Part shown: piece by piece, positions 26,758 through 32,000 of the stretch | Layout: each line of letters opens with the position of its first letter | Position numbering within the stretch: the stretch's first letter is position 1 | The notes under the pieces: generated by a model | The model's input: only the letters and a program-made list of their open reading frames with translations | Databases searched by the model: none | What the model was told of the DNA's origin: nothing | NCBI GenBank assembly: GCA_045599485.1 | Contig: JAZRWA010000035.1 | Coordinates: 16,480 to 48,479 of the forward strand | DNA length: 32,000 nt | From: Clostridia bacterium | Lineage (GTDB): Bacteria; Bacillota; Clostridia; Christensenellales; Aristaeellaceae | Direction: 5' to 3' | Program-made: the position numbers and the translations under genes

Positions 26758-27834
26758 TTACAGGCCCTGCGTATTGAAAGTGGGCTGGGGAGTGGTCAGC
26801 GCGGCCACCAGATCAAATTCACCATTGCCGTAATACAGATCAAAGCCTGTCGAAGTCTTGAACAGCTGAATCACCGTGGTCGCCGTCGGATACCAGGAAG
26901 CTACCGCCGTCTGATAGCCTTGCAGAGAGACGCCATTGGTCTGAAGCGCCATGGCCAGCAGGCTGTTGATGGCCTCATCGCTGTGCGCTTCACCGTAAAC
27001 GGAGTTCATAGCACCGATCAGGTATTCCACATCCGCGGCAGAAGCCTTTGCGAAGAATTCCACCAGCTGCAGACCCTGATCCTCCACAAAATAGTAGACA
27101 CCGGTCGCGTTGAATTTGCTCAGAGAGGTACTCAGCGCCACCGCCTTGATCTTACCTGCGATCGTGCTGCTTTGAAGAACGGTATGATAGTTCTCGTTCT
27201 TCAGCATCTGATCTTCCGTCATACCCCAGTGAATGCCATTGCGGAAACTGAAGCCGCCCAAAGGAGCCTCCGTCGCAGGGGCAGGGGTAGCAGTGGCCAG
27301 AGCTGCCGCCAGATCGGTATTGGCATCACCGTAATACAGATCAAAGCCGTTATTGTTTTTGAACAGCTGAATCAGAGTGCCGTCGGGCAGATACCAGGAG
27401 GCCGCCGCTGTCTGATAGCCATCCATCGAAACATTGTTGGCCTGAAGCGCCATCGCCAGCAGGCTGTTGATACCGTCGCCACGATGTGCCTCGCCGTATA
27501 CCATGCTCAACGCGTTGATCAGATAATCTACATCCTCCGTGGAGGCTTTGCCGAAAAACTCCGCCAGGGCCAGCCCGTCATCCACAAAGAAATACGAGCC
27601 GTACACACTGAATTTGCTAAGCGTGGTTCTCACCTGCGTGTATTGGATATGGCTGCCGATAGATGCAGAACCCACTACATTCGGGTTGCCTTCAGCCTGA
27701 AGAACTTCCTCATTCGTCATACCCCAATGTAGACCGTTGCGGAAGGTGAAGCCGCCCTCGGCAAAGGAGGGAAGAACAGCGCCGAGCAGCAGTACAAGCG
27801 CCAGAAGAAGGGCTGCGATTCCGGATGTTTTCAT
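26758..27834 (-). CDS. secreted protein built from two tandem domains of about 166 aa, function unknown
   Basis: Signal peptide is MKTSGIAALLLALVLLLGAVLPSFA. Two units each begin GGF(T/S)FRNG(L/I)HWGMT and end GFDLYYG, joined by an Ala/Thr/Pro linker. Stop is TAA. Confidence 0.7.
   Translation of the reverse strand: MKTSGIAALLLALVLLLGAVLPSFAEGGFTFRNGLHWGMTNEEVLQAEGNPNVVGSASIGSHIQYTQVRTTLSKFSVYGSYFFVDDGLALAEFFGKASTEDVDYLINALSMVYGEAHRGDGINSLLAMALQANNVSMDGYQTAAASWYLPDGTLIQLFKNNNGFDLYYGDANTDLAAALATATPAPATEAPLGGFSFRNGIHWGMTEDQMLKNENYHTVLQSSTIAGKIKAVALSTSLSKFNATGVYYFVEDQGLQLVEFFAKASAADVEYLIGAMNSVYGEAHSDEAINSLLAMALQTNGVSLQGYQTAVASWYPTATTVIQLFKTSTGFDLYYGNGEFDLVAALTTPQPTFNTQGL
26812..27756 (-). repeat. 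intragenic tandem duplication with a period of about 498 nt (two copies)
   Basis: The GGF..FRNG..HWGMT motif recurs 166 codons apart, at aa 27 and aa 193. The DNA copies are recognisably similar, for example 27226..27258 against 27724..27756. Confidence 0.7.
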
Positions 27835-27852
27835 GGTTTTTCTCCTCTTGAT

Positions 27853-28422
27853 TTACTTTCTGATATAGTAGATGAGTTGATTGGCTCCCATGCTCAATTC
27901 CACATAGAGCGGACCGGGGCCTTCGGTCACAGCGTCGGGCAGATCGATCACGGCGGCATAGTAGCCAATATACATGGGACCGACCTCGTTCTCCTTATAG
28001 GTACAAGTGTCCTTACCCGCCTGTACCAGCGGCAGCAAGCTGCCGGTATAGGTATACCGTCCATCATAAACCGCTTTGACGCTGACACGGTCGCTGTATA
28101 CCGCGCTTTTCACGTCTGTATTGAGAAAATCGCAGTACAGAAACAGCAGTTTAGCGCCCTGTTTGGCACGGATCCACTCCGCGCCCTGCATGGTAACGGT
28201 CTTCAGCTGATCGATGGAAGCCAGCGTCACGCGTGTAGTGCTGTTCAGGAGTGCGCTTTCCCCCAGATGCAGGTCAGCCGGATTGACTTCCTCCGCCGCG
28301 ACCGTCCGGGCCAGACTGACATGGGCTCCGCAAATGCTGCAGTAGTTATTGCTGGCGCTGTGTCCGACCGGGCAGATCCAGTATTCGGCCAATGCCGGGG
28401 CCGCGCACATCACCGTCCACAT
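27853..28422 (-). CDS. secreted hypothetical protein with an N-terminal CxxxH...CxxC zinc-ribbon-like motif; start uncertain
   Basis: The ORF from ATG 28422 begins MWTVMCAAPALA, a signal-peptide h-region with no charged n-region. The frame stays open upstream to 28470 and would add (I)KRIRIFLIAA, but only ATC or ATT are available as start codons there. Stop is TAA. Confidence 0.55.
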   Translation of the reverse strand: MWTVMCAAPALAEYWICPVGHSASNNYCSICGAHVSLARTVAAEEVNPADLHLGESALLNSTTRVTLASIDQLKTVTMQGAEWIRAKQGAKLLFLYCDFLNTDVKSAVYSDRVSVKAVYDGRYTYTGSLLPLVQAGKDTCTYKENEVGPMYIGYYAAVIDLPDAVTEGPGPLYVELSMGANQLIYYIRK

Positions 28423-28595
28423 GGCAGCGATCAGAAAAATCCGAATACGTTTGATGGTGCATTCCCCCTCTCATTCTGTTGACGATACTATAACATGAAT
28501 AAAAAAAGTTTTCGTGCGAGAAAATTAGCATAATCATGCGAGTTTTGATTTTGTATACAGTTTTTTTGCAGCCTTTCAGAGCAGAACATCCCCAC

Positions 28596-28626
28596 GCAAA
28601 AACACCGCAGCAAAAAGCCGCGGTGT
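28596..28626 (-). terminator. terminator hairpin directly after the tRNA
   Basis: Stem pairs acaccgc (28602..28608) with gcggtgt (28620..28626). On the minus strand it is followed by TTTTTGCG. Confidence 0.55.
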
Positions 28627-28703
28627 TGGTACGCCCGGTGCGATTCGAACGCATGGCCTTCAGAGTCGGAGTCTGACGCTCTATCCAGCTGAGCTACGGG
28701 CGC
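28627..28703 (-). tRNA. tRNA-Arg, anticodon CCG, with encoded CCA end
   Basis: Minus-strand sequence is GCGCCCGTAGCTCAGCTGGATAGAGCGTCAGACTCCGACTCTGAAGGCCATGCGTTCGAATCGCACCGGGCGTACCA. It folds as a cloverleaf with acceptor GCGCCCG/CGGGCGT, D-arm GCTC..GAGC, anticodon stem TCAGA/TCTGA, loop CTCCGAC (anticodon CCG), and T-loop TTCGAAT. Confidence 0.9.
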
Positions 28704-28713
28704 GTACATAAAC

Positions 28714-28742
28714 ATTATACCCAAACCGCTCCGGAATGTCAA
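28714..28742 (-). promoter_or_regulatory. consensus sigma-A promoter driving the tRNA
   Basis: On the minus strand: TTGACA (28742..28737), a 17-nt spacer, then TATAAT (28719..28714). It ends 10 nt upstream of tRNA position 1. Confidence 0.75.
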
Positions 28743-28744
28743 AT

Positions 28745-28779
28745 ACCAAAAAGCGGGAGGAGCTCCTGCTCTTCCCGCT
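28745..28779 (-). terminator. rho-independent terminator after the ATP-grasp gene
   Basis: Stem pairs agcggga (28752..28758) with tcccgct (28773..28779). On the minus strand it is followed by TTTTTGG. Confidence 0.65.
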
Positions 28780-28790
28780 GTAAGAATGAT

Positions 28791-29990
28791 TTATTCCGCT
28801 GTGGCCACCGCATCGCGGTAGAAGGCATTCATCTCCTCCTCGGTGGAGAAGACGGCTACAAACATCTCATTGCCCATGGCGCCGGCCAGCGCATCCGGAA
28901 TGCGCTCCGCCATGCGCATGGCAGACGCGTACCGCTGCCGCAGCTCATCGTTGCTCATGCGGAAGGGCTTACCATCGCGGCGTCCGGCAAAGGCGCAGTA
29001 ATAATGTTCACCGCAGGGCTTGGTGGAACGGTTGAAAGCGATCATATCCGCCCAGATTTTGTACACATCGGTGCTGTTGGCGTAGTTCATCATGTCGGGA
29101 GAGAAACCGCCGCAGGGACGCATGTTGACTTCCAGCGCCACCACATCGCCCTTTTTGCCCATGCCGGGCTGATCCTCGGTCAAACGGAAGAACTCAAAAT
29201 GCACAAAGCGGCTCTTGACGCCAAAGGATTTGACGGTGGCACGACCCGCGTGACGTACGTCATCGGGCAGGTTTTTAACAATGTAATAGATGGAATTGTC
29301 GTTGTTGTTGACGATGTCCATGATGGAAAAGGGCGTCACATTGCCCGTTTCAAACAGCGGCTCACCTTCGGCATCGATGATGGCATCATAGCTATTGACC
29401 TCGGCATGAATGAACTCTTCCATGATGTAGCGCACACCGGGCTCACGCTGATCGTTGAGGAAATGCGCCAGCTGCGCGTCGTTGGACAGCTTATAGGTAT
29501 GGGAAGCACCCACGCCGTTATCGGGCTTGACGATCACGGGGTAGCCCACTTCGGCAATAAAGTCACGGCAGCCCGCATAGGCATCCACAATGTGATAGCG
29601 TGCGGTGGGAATGCCGGCCGCCTGATAATAGGGCTTCATGCCGCTCTTGTACTTGACACGCTCCATATCGCCCGTCTGGAAGCCGCTGGTGATGTGGAAA
29701 TCCGTACGCAGCATGGCGTCCCTCTCCAGCCAGTACTCGTTGTTGCTCTCCAGCCAGTCGATCCGGCCGTACTTGGCGATAAAGAAAGCCACAGCACGAT
29801 AGACCTCCTCGTAGCGCTCGAGGGAGCCCACCTTATAATACTCATCCAAGGAGCTTTTCAGCTGGGGCAGCAGCTCATCGTAGGGCTGATCGCCAATACC
29901 CAGCACGCGCATTCCATTGTTTTTCAGTTCACGGCAGAACTGCCAATAGTTGGTGGGAAAATTTGGAGAGATGAAAATGAAATTTTTCAT
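28791..29990 (-). CDS. ATP-grasp domain protein (carboxylate-amine ligase-like), function unknown
   Basis: The central segment is typical of the ATP-grasp fold (YPVIVKPDNGVGASHTYKL ..., EEFI ..., ALEVNMRPCGG). ATG 29990 follows a GGAAGGA RBS. Stop is TAA. Confidence 0.65.
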   Translation of the reverse strand: MKNFIFISPNFPTNYWQFCRELKNNGMRVLGIGDQPYDELLPQLKSSLDEYYKVGSLERYEEVYRAVAFFIAKYGRIDWLESNNEYWLERDAMLRTDFHITSGFQTGDMERVKYKSGMKPYYQAAGIPTARYHIVDAYAGCRDFIAEVGYPVIVKPDNGVGASHTYKLSNDAQLAHFLNDQREPGVRYIMEEFIHAEVNSYDAIIDAEGEPLFETGNVTPFSIMDIVNNNDNSIYYIVKNLPDDVRHAGRATVKSFGVKSRFVHFEFFRLTEDQPGMGKKGDVVALEVNMRPCGGFSPDMMNYANSTDVYKIWADMIAFNRSTKPCGEHYYCAFAGRRDGKPFRMSNDELRQRYASAMRMAERIPDALAGAMGNEMFVAVFSTEEEMNAFYRDAVATAE

Positions 29991-30007
29991 GAAATGTCCT
30001 TCCTTTC

Positions 30008-30760
30008 TCAATCCAGCAGATGCGGAATATGATAGGCGGCCTGCTTATACCACCAATCCCAGTCGTGCTTGCAATCATGGCCCCAGATGTCAAACCAGAT
30101 GTTGATACCCTTTTCGGCACAGATATCACGCAGGCGGAAGGTGCTGTCGGGAATCTCCCATGCGCCCTGTCCCACCACGATGATGCCCTTGTGACGGTTG
30201 TATTCCCCGATGAAGGGATGGTCGGACGGCATGTTCGGCAAAAAGTCTACCGGAGAATTGTTGTAGACCGTTTCATCACGGTAAGAACCGAAGCCGTAAT
30301 CGGCGGTATAGATGCCGCTCATCGCCAGCAGACCGTCAAACAGATTGGGGTAGCGCAAATAGAGGTTGACCGCGTGCGTGGCGCCCAGGCTGCAGCCGGT
30401 CACGATGATGCCCGGATACCCCTCCCAGCCGTTCTTTTCGTTGACCATCGAACGGATAAATGGCACCACTTCGCCGGTGATATAGCTGATCCAGCGCTCA
30501 TAGCTCTGTGCCTTGTCGTAGCCATTGCCATGGGTGTTGCTCCAGCTTTCGCCGTCCGCCGTGTCGATGGAGAACACCATGCAGCGTCCGTCCTCGATCC
30601 ACGGCCCCCAGACGTCATCCATGTGATAATTTTCAAAATCAAAGAAGCGTCCATCCTGGCAGGGAATAAACAGCACCGGGCGTCCGCCATGCCCCCATAC
30701 CTTCATTTCCATATCGCGGCCCAGGATGGGGCTGTACTGTTTGAAATACTGTGTTTCCAT
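30008..30760 (-). CDS. esterase-family alpha/beta hydrolase (esterase D / putative-esterase type)
   Basis: Nucleophile elbow is GCSLGA in the context IIVTGCSLGATHAVN. ATG 30760 follows a GAGGAG RBS. Stop is TGA. Confidence 0.65.
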   Translation of the reverse strand: METQYFKQYSPILGRDMEMKVWGHGGRPVLFIPCQDGRFFDFENYHMDDVWGPWIEDGRCMVFSIDTADGESWSNTHGNGYDKAQSYERWISYITGEVVPFIRSMVNEKNGWEGYPGIIVTGCSLGATHAVNLYLRYPNLFDGLLAMSGIYTADYGFGSYRDETVYNNSPVDFLPNMPSDHPFIGEYNRHKGIIVVGQGAWEIPDSTFRLRDICAEKGINIWFDIWGHDCKHDWDWWYKQAAYHIPHLLD

Positions 30761-30773
30761 CGGTTGTTTCTCC

Positions 30774-31535
30774 TCAGCCCTCATAGAGCAGCGTATTCAT
30801 GAAAAAGGGGATCTGCTTTTCCCAACTGGCCTCGCAATGCGTACCGCCGGGAATGATGCGTGCAGTTACATGGGCGCCGCAGCACATCAGCACAGCAACG
30901 CTTTGGGCAAAGTCAGGTCTCATCTCGCTGTGGTTGCCCAATTCCTCCGAGCCATAATCCATGTAGATGACGGTATCGGGATCGATCTTTGCTTCCCGGA
31001 ACATACGCCACAGGCGTTTGGGGGCGACCCACACGGAGGGGGACAAAGCAGCGCCGCGGCTGAAATAGCTGTTGAAGGCCGTCATGCCGTACAACGTCAT
31101 CAGGCCCCCCATGGAGCTTCCCCCCAGAAAGGTATTTTCCCTCTCCGGCAAGGTGGGGTAGTTTTCATCGATCTGCGGCTTGAGCGTTCCTGTCAGCCAT
31201 TCCATAAACAGTTTTCCGCGGCCATAGACCCTTCCGATAGAGGGTTCGGAAAATGTGAAGGGAGAGTATTCACTGAGCCGTCCGTTCTTCGGGGAATGGT
31301 TGCAATCCACTCCCACGATGATCATCGGCGTATGGGTCTCCTCCATGTATTCCTTCAGGCCCCAGCATTTACCGTAGGTAGTCACCTCATCAAAAAAGAG
31401 GTTATGCCCATCCATCATATACAGCACCGGAAAACGCGCGTCACCCTCGGCGGCTTCCTCCGGAATATAGACCCAGACTTTTCGTTTCTTCTTTCCGGTA
31501 ATGGCCGGAATGACGGTATCAAAACTTTCGATCAT
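30774..31535 (-). CDS. esterase-family alpha/beta hydrolase (second copy, divergent)
   Basis: Family-typical sequences are VLYMMDGHNLF and the nucleophile elbow GGSSMGG. ATG 31535 is preferred over the TTG at 31550. Stop is TGA. Confidence 0.65.
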   Translation of the reverse strand: MIESFDTVIPAITGKKKRKVWVYIPEEAAEGDARFPVLYMMDGHNLFFDEVTTYGKCWGLKEYMEETHTPMIIVGVDCNHSPKNGRLSEYSPFTFSEPSIGRVYGRGKLFMEWLTGTLKPQIDENYPTLPERENTFLGGSSMGGLMTLYGMTAFNSYFSRGAALSPSVWVAPKRLWRMFREAKIDPDTVIYMDYGSEELGNHSEMRPDFAQSVAVLMCCGAHVTARIIPGGTHCEASWEKQIPFFMNTLLYEG

Positions 31536-31643
31536 GCATGCCTCATACAAAATGAATCGCTTAACGATTTATTTTATCACAATGGTTTTCCATTCACAAC
31601 CGGAAACCGGCCGTAAAGTGCTTTTTCTTTGCATTTTCCCATC

Positions 31644-31680
31644 AAAAAATCCCTTTTACCCTTGGATCCGGGTAAAAGGG
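31644..31680 (-). terminator. rho-independent terminator
   Basis: An 11-bp stem pairs cccttttaccc (31651..31661) with gggtaaaaggg (31670..31680). On the minus strand it is followed by TTTTTTG. Confidence 0.8.
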
Positions 31681-31694
31681 AAGGAAGTACGTTT

Positions 31695-32000
31695 TCAGCC
31701 CAGAGGCTTGACGGCGACCACATGATAGAACATCACGGTGGCGCTGCCGGTGGCATTCAGCTCGTTGAAGAGCACTTCATCGGTCACGGCTTCGCACCAC
31801 ATACGGGCACCGGCCACGGCATAGGGCTTGGCATTGGGATCAGAAAAATCGGGGTTGGCAGCATACACGGCAATGCACTTGCCGGTCGCTTCCAGGTTGG
31901 CGCGGCTCTGATTGGCGGCCAGACCCAGCTGCAGATAGTATTCGCCATCCTTGGACACCATGCCATAGATGAAGAAGCCCACATTGGGGTTACCTTCGGC
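31695..32000 (-). CDS. hypothetical protein (C-terminal part; N-terminus lies off the right edge)
   Basis: The frame is open from 32000 to the TGA at 31695..31697 and is followed by a strong terminator. I do not recognise the family with confidence. Confidence 0.5.
   Translation of the reverse strand, partial: AEGNPNVGFFIYGMVSKDGEYYLQLGLAANQSRANLEATGKCIAVYAANPDFSDPNAKPYAVAGARMWCEAVTDEVLFNELNATGSATVMFYHVVAVKPLG

Noticed and set aside
28627-28703. The only tRNA in the window as a possible amber suppressor.
   Set aside because: The anticodon loop reads CTCCGAC, giving anticodon CCG (Arg, decoding CGG), not CUA. I found no other T-loop-like (GTTCGAATC-type) element in the intergenic regions.
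28488-28742. Track ORF (84 aa) overlapping the tRNA gene and its promoter.
   Set aside because: It is fully explained by the tRNA-Arg gene with its consensus promoter and terminator, so it is spurious.
1-32000. CRISPR arrays, IS elements or transposases, integrases, and prophage modules.
   Set aside because: I saw no regularly spaced direct repeats and no terminal inverted repeats flanking ORFs. No translation resembles a transposase, recombinase, or phage capsid, terminase or portal protein. The only repeats are the intragenic duplications and the short intergenic 18-mer.

Overview
The window looks like a roughly 57% GC Clostridia-type chromosomal segment. It is densely coded, with about 29 CDS and one tRNA-Arg(CCG), and I saw no transposase, integrase, phage structural genes or CRISPR array.

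Gene content, left to right:
- Secreted proteins on the minus strand: a tandem SH3b protein and a tandem cystatin-like protein carrying QVVAG motifs.
- A CPBP intramembrane protease.
- A partner-switching-type signalling operon: a VanZ/DD-carboxypeptidase fusion, a STAS/APH-like kinase fusion, a STAS protein, an RsbQ-like alpha/beta hydrolase, and a membrane PP2C fused to an RsbW-like ATPase.
- A CCG-domain Fe-S protein and a LysR regulator.
- adhE followed by an APH-like kinase.
- An hfsABCD-like sensory [FeFe]-hydrogenase cluster.
- An HTH / LRR-receptor Ser/Thr kinase operon with two secreted proteins.
- A large NB-ARC/TPR STAND NTPase flanked by secreted proteins.
- tRNA-Arg.
- An ATP-grasp gene followed by two esterase genes.

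The main observation is at the level of the genetic code. Nine in-frame TAG codons interrupt six otherwise intact, domain-continuous genes on both strands. All 28 CDS whose 3' ends lie in the window terminate with TGA (15) or TAA (13), and none with TAG. There are no frameshifts and no premature TAA or TGA. This pattern fits TAG being decoded as a sense codon, by reassignment or efficient suppression, rather than pseudogenisation. No CUA-anticodon tRNA and no pyl genes are present in this window, so the decoding machinery must be looked for elsewhere in the genome.
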